Shown here piece after piece: positions 19,348 to 27,448 of a stretch of DNA of 64,000 nucleotides; position 1 is the first letter of the stretch, and each line of letters opens with the position of its first letter. This stretch comes from Candidatus Aminicenantes bacterium. GTDB taxonomy: Bacteria > Acidobacteriota > Aminicenantia > Aminicenantales > JAFGAV01. The notes under the pieces are model-generated. The model had not been told where the DNA came from, searched no databases, and was given only the letters and a program-made list of their open reading frames with translations. The translations under genes and the position numbers were made by a program. The DNA is taken from the NCBI GenBank assembly GCA_016933515.1, contig JAFGAV010000084.1, positions 3,072-67,071 on the forward strand, read 5' to 3'.

Positions 19348-19571
19348 GAATCCTGGGATTCGGCCAGTTCCCGGAGAAGGGCCAGCGTTTCCTGCGCTTC
19401 GTCTTCATTCAGCCGGGAAATGGCGAATCCGGCATGGAGGATGACCCAGTCTCCGGGACGCGCATTTTCAATGAAGGATAGGTTCGTCCTCACCCGCGTC
19501 CCGAGATAGTCGACCTCGCCTTGGCCGTTTTCGTCCAGGCTGATGATTTTGGCCGGAATGCCTAAGCACAT
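19344..19571 (-). CDS. hypC: Hydrogenase maturation chaperone HypC/HybG
   Basis: N-terminal MCLGIPAKI (essential Cys2); 75 aa; overlaps the hypD start. Confidence 0.9.
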   Translation of the reverse strand: MCLGIPAKIISLDENGQGEVDYLGTRVRTNLSFIENARPGDWVILHAGFAISRLNEDEAQETLALLRELAESQDS

Positions 19572-19725
19572 TTTCGAATGTCCTTGTGATGACGGAGCTT
19601 CTTCGGACTCATCAGACTACCAGATATTCGGCCGCCCGTCCATCCCCGCTTCCTCAGACCGAATTTGCTGATCGCCTCGATAGGAATTTTCAGACTTCAC
19701 CGGCAATTTCGCGTCTCACACTCAC

Positions 19726-19754
19726 TTGGTCTGCCGGGCGTTTGGGGTTATAAT
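19726..19754 (+). promoter_or_regulatory. Candidate sigma70 promoter positioned for a leaderless uppS transcript
   Basis: TTGGTC, 17 nt, TATAAT. The ATG at 19762 lies 7 nt after the -10 hexamer. Confidence 0.45.
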
Positions 19755-19761
19755 GAGCGCC

Positions 19762-20544
19762 ATGTTGGAAAAACTCAAGGGCTATCTCAAGCCCGGAAGT
19801 CCGGAAGAGAAGCTCGCCGCCCAGCTCGATCCCAAACGCATGCCCCGCCATGTGGCCATCATTATGGACGGCAACGGCCGCTGGGCCGGCAAAAGGAACT
19901 TGCCCCGCATCGAAGGGCACCGTGCCGGCTCGAAGTCCGTGCGCGAGGTCGTGGAAGCCTGCGCCCGCTTGGGAATCGAAGTCCTGACCCTGTTCGCTTT
20001 TTCCCGCGAGAACTGGAAGCGTCCCAAGAGAGAGGTCGCCAGGTTGTGGAAGCTCCTGGAAGAGTACTTGAAAAAAGAAGACAAGGTCTTGATGGAAAAC
20101 AATCTGCGGCTGAAGACGATCGGCCGGCTGGAGGACATCCCGGAGAGCACCCGGCGGCAGCTCGAGCGCGTCATGGCCTTGACCTCATCCAACAGCGGGA
20201 TGCAAATCGTCATGGCCCTCAATTACGGGGGTCGCATGGAGATCGTCGACGCGGCGAGACGCTGGGCCCTTCAAGGCTCCGTCCGTCCCGAGGATTTGGA
20301 CGAAGACGGTTTTTCCCGTTTTCTGGATACGGCCGGCCTTCCCGATCCCGATCTGCTCATCAGGACAAGCGGCGAGTCCCGGATCTCGAACTTTCTTCTG
20401 TGGCAGATCGCATACTCCGAGATATGGATCACCAAGGTGTTCTGGCCGGAATTCCGCAAGGCGCATCTCTTGGAGGCGCTCGTGGAATTCCAAAAGCGAG
20501 AGAGGAGGTTCGGCGCGCTCTGCCCCCCGCGCGGGCGGGGTTGA
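19762..20544 (+). CDS. uppS: Undecaprenyl-diphosphate synthase
   Basis: Motif HVAIIMDGNGRWA plus the ERRFG C-terminus. Start chosen at MLEKLKG from the promoter geometry; alternative starts are 19753 and 19726. Confidence 0.9.
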   Translation: MLEKLKGYLKPGSPEEKLAAQLDPKRMPRHVAIIMDGNGRWAGKRNLPRIEGHRAGSKSVREVVEACARLGIEVLTLFAFSRENWKRPKREVARLWKLLEEYLKKEDKVLMENNLRLKTIGRLEDIPESTRRQLERVMALTSSNSGMQIVMALNYGGRMEIVDAARRWALQGSVRPEDLDEDGFSRFLDTAGLPDPDLLIRTSGESRISNFLLWQIAYSEIWITKVFWPEFRKAHLLEALVEFQKRERRFGALCPPRGRG

Positions 20545-20589
20545 AGCCGCTGCGCCTATGCCCGTCCCCGAAAACTCCGCAGGTCGCGA

Positions 20590-21405
20590 ATGTGGAAAAA
20601 ACTGAACGCCCATAAACGGCTCCCCACGGCCCTGATCCTGATTGCGGCCGTCGTCGCGCTCGTTCAGTGGGCGCCTCACTGGCTCCTGGCCGCCGTGATC
20701 CAGTTTCTGATCCTGGGCGCCCTATGGGAATTTTACGGGCTGGCGCGGAAGAAAAGGCTGCGGCCCCACGTGCCGGCCGGAGGGATCGCCGCCGTGTCCC
20801 TCGGCCTCCCGTACGCCGTTCCGGCCGTTCCTCCCGGCGCCGCTTTCTTGGCGGCGCTGACGGCCGTCGGAATCATTTATCTCTTCCGCGCCAATACGCT
20901 TGAACGGGTGATGGATTTCACGTCTTCGGCGGCCGTGACGCTGTTCGGGGCCGCCTATCTGAGCCTCACGCTGAGCCATTTTCTGCCCCTGCGCCGGGAA
21001 TTCGGTCCGTGGGCCGTCTATTTCCTTCTGGCGGCTGTTTCCGCCGGAGACACGGGAGCCTTTCTGGTCGGATCGCTTTTCGGCCGGCACAAGATGTTTC
21101 CTCTGGCCAGCCCCAAGAAAACATGGGAAGGAGCGGCCGGCGGTCTGGTGTTCGCCGTCTTGGGGGCGATGGCCGCCCGGGCGCTGTTTTTCCCTGAGCT
21201 CTCGATGTTTCGCGCGGCCGGCTACGGGCTGGCCGTCCACTGTTTCGCTCAGATCAGCGACCCTCTGGAATCGCTCTTCAAGAGGGCCGCGGGGGTCAAG
21301 GATTCGGGCCGGCTGTTTCCGGGACATGGAGGGCTGCTCGACAGGGTGGACAGCTTCATCTTCTCGGCGCCTCTTTTTTACTATCTGATGCACTTCCGTC
21401 CATGA
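20590..21405 (+). CDS. cdsA: Phosphatidate cytidylyltransferase
   Basis: Polytopic membrane protein with the C-terminal signature SLFKRAAGVKDSGRLFPGHGGLLDRVDS. Confidence 0.85.
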   Translation: MWKKLNAHKRLPTALILIAAVVALVQWAPHWLLAAVIQFLILGALWEFYGLARKKRLRPHVPAGGIAAVSLGLPYAVPAVPPGAAFLAALTAVGIIYLFRANTLERVMDFTSSAAVTLFGAAYLSLTLSHFLPLRREFGPWAVYFLLAAVSAGDTGAFLVGSLFGRHKMFPLASPKKTWEGAAGGLVFAVLGAMAARALFFPELSMFRAAGYGLAVHCFAQISDPLESLFKRAAGVKDSGRLFPGHGGLLDRVDSFIFSAPLFYYLMHFRP

Positions 21406-22550
21406 AAGCCTTGACCATCCTCGGCTCGACCGGCTCGATCGGCCGGAACGCCTTGGCCGTCGCGGACCACCTGCCTTCTCTTTTCCGCGTTGCCGCCCTG
21501 GCGGCGGGATCCAACATCGGCCTTTTGGTCGAGCAGGCGGTCAAACACCGTCCCGCGCTCGTCTCGACCGGGGATGAGGCCGGGGCCCGGGAATTCCTCC
21601 GACTCTACCGGGGGCCGGGCCTGCGGGTCGTCTGGGGGCCGAAAGGCGCGGAAGAAGCCGCTGTTCTGGAGGAGGCGGACATCGTCGTTTCCGCCATCAG
21701 CGGCCTGGGCGGTCTTCGGGCGACGCTCGCCGCCGCCGGTGCGGGGAAGCGCCTCGCTCTGGCCAACAAGGAATCCATGGTCGTCGCCGGAAGACTTCTT
21801 CGGGAGGAAGCCAAACGATCGGGAGCCGACATCGTTCCCGTAGACAGCGAGCACAGCGGCGTTTTCCAGTGCCTGGCCGGAGTCCGGCGCGAGGAGGTCA
21901 GGAAAATCATCCTCACCGCCTCGGGAGGCCCGTTTTTTAAGACGCCGGCCGAAGAGCTCGAGGGGAAGAGCGTGGAAGAAGCCCTGGCTCATCCCCGCTG
22001 GGCCATGGGGCCCAAAGTGACCATCGATTCCGCGACGATGATGAACAAGGGACTGGAACTCATCGAGGCCCACTGGCTGTTTGACGCCGGCCCGGACGAG
22101 CTCGATGTGCTCGTCCATCCCCAGAGCATCGTCCATTCCCTGGTGGAAATGAGGGACGGCTCCGTCCTCGCCCAGCTCAGCCCCACCGACATGCGTTTTC
22201 CCATCCAGTACGCCCTGACGCATCCCCGGCGGGAGCCGCCGCCTCTGCCGTCCCTGAACCTGGCCGCGGTCCGCAGCCTGGAATTCTTCCCGCCCGATCC
22301 CGAGAAATTTCCGCTTATCGACCAGGCCCGTCGGGCGATCGAGGAACCCTCGAGCTTCAGCATCGCCCTCAACGCCGGCAACGAGGAGGCGGTGGCCGCG
22401 TTTCTCGACGGCCGGATCCGCTTTACGGACATTCCGCGGGTCGTCATGGGCGTTCTGGATTCCCATCGCGGCCGGGAGGCCGACGATCTCGAAGACATCC
22501 TCCGTCTCGACAGCGACGCCCGCCGGGCGGCCGCGAAATTCATCCCCTGA
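21402..22550 (+). CDS. dxr: 1-deoxy-D-xylulose-5-phosphate reductoisomerase
   Basis: Motifs ILGSTGSIG, LANKES and PVDSEHS. Confidence 0.92.
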   Translation: MKALTILGSTGSIGRNALAVADHLPSLFRVAALAAGSNIGLLVEQAVKHRPALVSTGDEAGAREFLRLYRGPGLRVVWGPKGAEEAAVLEEADIVVSAISGLGGLRATLAAAGAGKRLALANKESMVVAGRLLREEAKRSGADIVPVDSEHSGVFQCLAGVRREEVRKIILTASGGPFFKTPAEELEGKSVEEALAHPRWAMGPKVTIDSATMMNKGLELIEAHWLFDAGPDELDVLVHPQSIVHSLVEMRDGSVLAQLSPTDMRFPIQYALTHPRREPPPLPSLNLAAVRSLEFFPPDPEKFPLIDQARRAIEEPSSFSIALNAGNEEAVAAFLDGRIRFTDIPRVVMGVLDSHRGREADDLEDILRLDSDARRAAAKFIP

Positions 22551-22560
22551 AGGTGCCGCC

Positions 22561-23913
22561 ATGTCAAACATCCTGAACGCCGTCGTCAGCAACGCCCAGT
22601 ACGTGATCGCTTTTCTCATCGTCTTCACGGTCATCGTCCTCGCCCATGAGCTCGGGCATTTCGTGGCCGGGAAACTCATGGGCATCCGCGTCGAAGTCTT
22701 CTCCCTGGGGTTCGGCCGGAGGCTGTTCGGATTCAAGCGCGGCCATACGGATTACCGGATCAGCCTTCTGCTCATGGGGGGCTACGTGAAATTTCTGGGC
22801 GAGGGTCTCATGGAGCCCGGCCGGACTCTGGAGCCGGACGATTTCATGGCCAAGAATCGGGCGCAAAGGTTCGTGGTCATCGCCGCGGGCGCGTTCATGA
22901 ACATCGTGCTGGCCGTCGTCCTTCTGGCCGGGATCAATATGTCCGGTGTCCGCGTTCCCCGCTACCAGGAACAGGCACCCGTTATCGGTTGGATCGATCC
23001 GGGATCTCCCGCCGAGAAGTCCGGCCTTCGGCCCGAGGACGTCCTGCGGCGCATCAACGGCCGCCGGGTGGACACCTGGGCCGATGTGGAGCTGGCGGTC
23101 GGGATTCAGCCCGAAAAAGAAATCACGATCGACATCGAGCGCGACGGCCGGAACATGCCGGTCAAGCTGACGACCGAGAAACGGACGCGCTTCGAAATGG
23201 GCTACGCCGGTTTTTTCGGCAAGATCCTGACCCAGATCCAGGCGGTCCTGCCCGGATCTCCGGCGGAAAGAGCGGGCGTGAAGCCCGGAGACCTCATTCT
23301 CCGGATCGACGGCCGTCCGGTCTATTTTTATTCGTTCATCGAGGTTGTCGAGAACAACCCGGGACGTGCCCTGGAGTTCGAGATCGCCCGCGGCGGAGAT
23401 GTTCTCCGTCTGAGCGTCACTCCCCGACGGGAAGGGCAGGTCGGGAAAATCGGCGTCCTTCAGGCCGCCGAGTCGGTCGAGAAGAAATTCGCTTTTTTTC
23501 CCGCCATCGGACAGAGCGTCCGGGACAACCTGCGGCTGACGACTCTCGTCGTGCGGTTTTTGGTCGGCCTGTTCACCGGGGAGGTTTCGACCGACCAGCT
23601 GGGAGGGCCGATCGCCATCGCCCGCGTCTCGCGGGAGACGCTGCGCATGGGATTCGGCGCGCTCATCGGCTGGATCGCGTTCTTCAGCCTTCAGCTGGGC
23701 ATCATCAATCTCATCCCCATCCCCGTCCTGGACGGCGGTCAGCTCTTCGTCCTGACCCTGGAAAGCATTCTCCGCCGGGATTTCAGCCCCAGGCTGAGAA
23801 GGATCTGGCTTCAGGTCGGGTTCCTCATTTTTGTCTTCATCATCGGCTTCGTCATTCTCAACGACATCGTCAAGTTCCTGCCGAACGGATGGGAGAGCCT
23901 ATGGCCGTTTTGA
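22561..23913 (+). CDS. rseP: RIP site-2 zinc metalloprotease RseP (M50 family, PDZ domains)
   Basis: HELGHF zinc motif, two PDZ-like segments, and the C-terminal NLIPIPVLDGG. Confidence 0.9.
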   Translation: MSNILNAVVSNAQYVIAFLIVFTVIVLAHELGHFVAGKLMGIRVEVFSLGFGRRLFGFKRGHTDYRISLLLMGGYVKFLGEGLMEPGRTLEPDDFMAKNRAQRFVVIAAGAFMNIVLAVVLLAGINMSGVRVPRYQEQAPVIGWIDPGSPAEKSGLRPEDVLRRINGRRVDTWADVELAVGIQPEKEITIDIERDGRNMPVKLTTEKRTRFEMGYAGFFGKILTQIQAVLPGSPAERAGVKPGDLILRIDGRPVYFYSFIEVVENNPGRALEFEIARGGDVLRLSVTPRREGQVGKIGVLQAAESVEKKFAFFPAIGQSVRDNLRLTTLVVRFLVGLFTGEVSTDQLGGPIAIARVSRETLRMGFGALIGWIAFFSLQLGIINLIPIPVLDGGQLFVLTLESILRRDFSPRLRRIWLQVGFLIFVFIIGFVILNDIVKFLPNGWESLWPF

Positions 23914-24998
23914 TTCCGCTTGGTCCTCGGCGCTCCGCCCGGCGGGTTCATGTGGGATCCGTGGCCGTGGGCGGCGGCGCTCCCGTTTCCGTCCAATCCA
24001 TGACCAAGACCGACACGCGGGACGCGGAAGGGACGATCGCCCAAATCCGGAGCCTGGAGCGCGCCGGCTGCGAGATCGTCCGGCTGGCCGTTCCGGACGA
24101 GGACGCCGTTGCCGCCTTGGGCGCGATCAGGAAGGCCGTCGAGACGCCTCTCGTGGCCGACATCCATTTCGACCACCGCCTGGCCCTGGGGGCCCTGCGG
24201 GCGGGAGTGGACGGCCTGCGGCTCAATCCCGGAAACATCGGCTCCCGGTCCAAGGTCGAAGACGTGGTCCGGGCGGCTGCGGAGAGGAAGACGGTCATCC
24301 GCATCGGGGTCAACTCCGGGTCCCTGGAGAAGGACCTCTTGGCGAAATACGGGGGCGCTACGGCCGAGGCCATGGTCGAGAGCGCCCTGCGCCACGTTTC
24401 CATCCTGGAGGCCCTCGGCCACGAGGAATTGAAGATCTCGCTCAAGGCCTCGGACGTCGGCCGGACCCTGGAGGCCTACCGGCTCATGGCCTCCAAGGTT
24501 CCTTATCCCTTCCATGCCGGAATTACTGAGGCCGGAGGGCTTCAATCCGGAGCGATCAAATCCGCCGTCGGCTTGTCCCTCCTTCTGCGTGAAGGGCTGG
24601 CCGACACGATCCGCGTTTCGCTGACCGCTCCGCCTGAAGAAGAAGTCCGCACGGCTTACCGGATCCTCTCCAGCCTGAATCTCAGACAGCGCGGCCCGGA
24701 AGTCGTTTCCTGTCCCACGTGCGGCCGGTGTGAAGTCGATCTCATCGGCCTCTCCGCCGAGGTCGAGAAACGGCTGGCGGGCCTGAAGACGCATTTCGTC
24801 GCGGCCGTCATGGGGTGTGAGGTCAACGGACCGGGGGAAGCCCGCGAAGCCGACATCGGCTTGGCGTTCGGACGGGACAAGGCCGTGTTGTTCCGGAGGG
24901 GAGAGGCGGTGAAACGGGTCGCCGCCTCAGAAGCCCTGGAGGTATTCGTTCAGGAGGCCTACGCGCTGGCGGAGGAGATCGAGAAGGAGGGCCGATGA
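23901..24998 (+). CDS. ispG: 4-hydroxy-3-methylbut-2-enyl-diphosphate synthase
   Basis: Motifs VSVQSMTKT and LRLNPGNIG, and a CPTCGRC cluster. Start at MAVLIPLG inside the 669-aa track ORF; the upstream part of that ORF is out-of-frame overlap with rseP. Confidence 0.92.
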   Translation: MAVLIPLGPRRSARRVHVGSVAVGGGAPVSVQSMTKTDTRDAEGTIAQIRSLERAGCEIVRLAVPDEDAVAALGAIRKAVETPLVADIHFDHRLALGALRAGVDGLRLNPGNIGSRSKVEDVVRAAAERKTVIRIGVNSGSLEKDLLAKYGGATAEAMVESALRHVSILEALGHEELKISLKASDVGRTLEAYRLMASKVPYPFHAGITEAGGLQSGAIKSAVGLSLLLREGLADTIRVSLTAPPEEEVRTAYRILSSLNLRQRGPEVVSCPTCGRCEVDLIGLSAEVEKRLAGLKTHFVAAVMGCEVNGPGEAREADIGLAFGRDKAVLFRRGEAVKRVAASEALEVFVQEAYALAEEIEKEGR

Positions 24999-25837
24999 GC
25001 CCCGGGGACATCCCGCTCGAAGCCGAGCTCGCGGCTAAGGAAGAAGCCTTGCGCGCGCTTCTCGCGGGGATGGGGAGCGTTCTCGTCGCTTTTTCCGGAG
25101 GCCTGGATTCTTCGTTCCTGCTGTGGACGGCCGCCGAAACGCTGGGAGAAAACGTCCTGGCGGTCGTGGCCGCCTCGGAGATTCATCCCCGCCGCGAGGT
25201 CGAGGGAGCGTTGAGACTGGCCGGGGAGTGGGGTGTGCGCTGCCGTCTCGTTCACACCCGCGAGATGGAAGATCCGGCCTTTACGGTCAACGCCCCGGAC
25301 CGCTGTTTCGTGTGCAAGCGCGAGCTCTTCTCGAGGCTGAGGGGCATTGCCGACGAAGAAACCATTCCTTTCGTCATCGACGGGCAGAACCTCGACGACA
25401 TGGAGGATTACCGGCCGGGGTCGCGGGCCGCCGAAGCATTGGGGGTTCGTTCCCCTCTCCGGGAGGCGCGGCTCTCCAAGGCCGATCTCCGCCGGCTGTC
25501 GCGCGCGAGGGGCCTCCCGACTTGGGATAAGCCGGCTCTGGCCTGCCTGGCTTCGCGTTTTCCCTATCATACGCCCCTCGACCGGGAGAGCCTTCGCCGG
25601 GTGGACGAGGCCGAAGAGCATCTGCGGGGACTGGGATTGAGGCAGGTCCGTCTTCGCCATCACGGCGACATGGCCCGGATCGAATGCGATCCCGCGGATT
25701 TCCGCCGGGCCATGGAGGAGCCCGTGCGGCAGGGGATCATCCGCCGCTTAAAGGAGTCGGGCTACCTTTATGTCGCTCTTGACCTGGAAGGCTACCGATC
25801 CGGAAGCCTCAACGACGTACTGAAAAGCCGCGCCTGA
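24995..25837 (+). CDS. PP-loop ATP pyrophosphatase, LarE/TIGR00268-like (putative sulfur transferase)
   Basis: SGGxDS PP-loop motif (AFSGGLDSSF) and conserved Cys (CFVCK). ATGA overlap with the ispG stop. Confidence 0.75.
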   Translation: MSPGDIPLEAELAAKEEALRALLAGMGSVLVAFSGGLDSSFLLWTAAETLGENVLAVVAASEIHPRREVEGALRLAGEWGVRCRLVHTREMEDPAFTVNAPDRCFVCKRELFSRLRGIADEETIPFVIDGQNLDDMEDYRPGSRAAEALGVRSPLREARLSKADLRRLSRARGLPTWDKPALACLASRFPYHTPLDRESLRRVDEAEEHLRGLGLRQVRLRHHGDMARIECDPADFRRAMEEPVRQGIIRRLKESGYLYVALDLEGYRSGSLNDVLKSRA

Positions 25838-25862
25838 GACGGCGTGTCCGGAGAAACGGAAA

Positions 25863-27125
25863 ATGACGAAGCTGCGCGCAGCGGGCCGGCGGCTCGCGAG
25901 CCGTCTGTTTCGGTGGATGCTGCGATTGTCGCCGGCGGAGTCGGCCGGGCTGCGCAACGAGGCAGCGGACGATTCCCGCCTTGAAGGGCAGCAAGCTTCT
26001 TGGAACACCGCTGCGGAGAGGTACTACGAGCAGCGGCGCCCCCTGGCCGATGAGGACGCCCGCAAGCCCTGGATGCCCGACGCCTCGGCCTCCCGTCTCG
26101 CCGCCAGACTGGGGTGGATCCTTTCGGAGCTGGTGTACGGGGAGCATCTCATCATTCTCGATTTCGGCTGCGGACTGGGATGGCTGTCGCGGATTTTGAG
26201 GCGGATGGAATTCAACGTCGTCGGACTCGATGTGTCCCCGTCGGCCGTGGAGGGCGCGGCGAGGATGGCGCGACGGCAGGAGGCGGGGCTCCATTTCGAG
26301 CACTACCTGCTCTACGACGGGGGGACGTTTCCCCTCGGCGATTCCTCAGCGCATTTCATCATCTCCCATGACTCGTTCCACCATGTGCCCGGTCAGGGAG
26401 CCGTCCTCAGGGAAATGCACAGGGTTCTTGTGCCCGGGGGAAAGCTCATTCTGTCCGAGCCCGGGGCCGGGCACGCGGCCGAGCCCTCGACGCTCGAGGA
26501 TGTCGCCCGATACGGTGTGCTGGAGAGAGAGGTCCGCATCGAGGATTTCACGGCCAAGGCGTTCGGCGCCGGATTCAAGACCGTCTCTCTCAAACCCTGT
26601 CCTGTCCCCTCGGAAGAAAAGTGGACGCCCGAGAAGTTCCGGGCCTTCTTCCGGGGGGACGTCCCGCCGGATGTCTACTTCGCCCTGAGGCGGTCGATGA
26701 TCGTCAATCCCCTGTTCGTCTGCGAAAAGGCGGGCGAGCTCCGAGAATCCTTTCATCATCGTGCCGACGTCGAAACGCCGGACGGTCCCCTTCAGGCCCG
26801 CTCCGGCGCCGGACTTGAAATCCCTATCATCCTCAGGAACACGGGGTCACTGGCGTTCTTCTCCCGAAGGCATCCGGGAGGAGGATTCGTGACCTTGTCC
26901 CTGAGGGTGTTCGGATCGAAAGACGCCGCGCCCTCGGAGCCCGTAGGCAGGCTCGAACTGGACCGGGATCTCCCCCCCGGAGAGGCTGCGGCCCTGTCCT
27001 TCAGGCTGGACGCTCCCCGTGAGCCGGGCGAATACCGCTTGGTCATCGAGCCGGTCTATGAGCGATTCTACTGGTTTTCGGAAAAAGGATCGCGGCCCGC
27101 GGAAATCCCCCTCACCGTGATCTGA
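25863..27125 (+). CDS. Class I SAM-dependent methyltransferase with a C-terminal Ig-like (NBR1-like) module
   Basis: Motif I ILDFGCGLGW and post-I/motif II regions (VPGGKLILSEP). The C-terminal ~105 aa is a beta-rich module resembling the N-terminus of the lipoprotein at 15115-17184. Confidence 0.75.
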   Translation: MTKLRAAGRRLASRLFRWMLRLSPAESAGLRNEAADDSRLEGQQASWNTAAERYYEQRRPLADEDARKPWMPDASASRLAARLGWILSELVYGEHLIILDFGCGLGWLSRILRRMEFNVVGLDVSPSAVEGAARMARRQEAGLHFEHYLLYDGGTFPLGDSSAHFIISHDSFHHVPGQGAVLREMHRVLVPGGKLILSEPGAGHAAEPSTLEDVARYGVLEREVRIEDFTAKAFGAGFKTVSLKPCPVPSEEKWTPEKFRAFFRGDVPPDVYFALRRSMIVNPLFVCEKAGELRESFHHRADVETPDGPLQARSGAGLEIPIILRNTGSLAFFSRRHPGGGFVTLSLRVFGSKDAAPSEPVGRLELDRDLPPGEAAALSFRLDAPREPGEYRLVIEPVYERFYWFSEKGSRPAEIPLTVI

Positions 27126-27412
27126 CCGCGCGACTCTTTCCCGTCAAACACCCTGCAGGACTCTTATAGACTTTCCGCATCCGCCGGGGAGGAGGTCAAG
27201 CCCACAAGGGCTCTATGACGCATTGTGCGGTGAATTCCAGTCTGAGGGCCAATGCTCACGCTAAAGGACCACACAAAACGTCATGGAGCCGCCCAGGAGG
27301 GGAGAGGAATAGGACGCCGCGCGTCGCGAAGCCTCCCCGGATTCGGGGGGATTCATCCGGGAGAAAAAACTGTGACAGGAGCGACGGGTGATGTTGAGGC
27401 GCGGGACGGAGG

Positions 27413-27442
27413 TTGCGCGCGGCGGCTCTTCCTTCATAGAAT
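27413..27442 (+). promoter_or_regulatory. Candidate sigma70 promoter for the ParB-like/radical SAM pair
   Basis: TTGCGC, 18 nt, TAGAAT. The GTG start at 27449 lies 6 nt downstream of the -10. Confidence 0.3.
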
Positions 27443-27448
27443 GGGGAC

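Noticed and set aside
22989-23900. N-terminal 300 aa of the 669-aa track ORF that ends as ispG
   Set aside because: This part is out-of-frame overlap with rseP and reads as Arg/Pro-rich junk. IspG homology begins at MAVLIPLG (ATG 23901).
27180-27300. Superficial resemblance of GGAGGAGGTCAAGCCCACAAGGGC... to the RNase P RNA P4 region, and of GGTGAATTCC to the cobalamin-riboswitch core
   Set aside because: The partner strand of P4 (ACAGAACCCGGCTTA-like), the GGTAAGGGTGAAA-type modules and the B12 box are all absent. The region is also too short for RNase P RNA, and the GTCAAGCCC segment instead forms a local hairpin.
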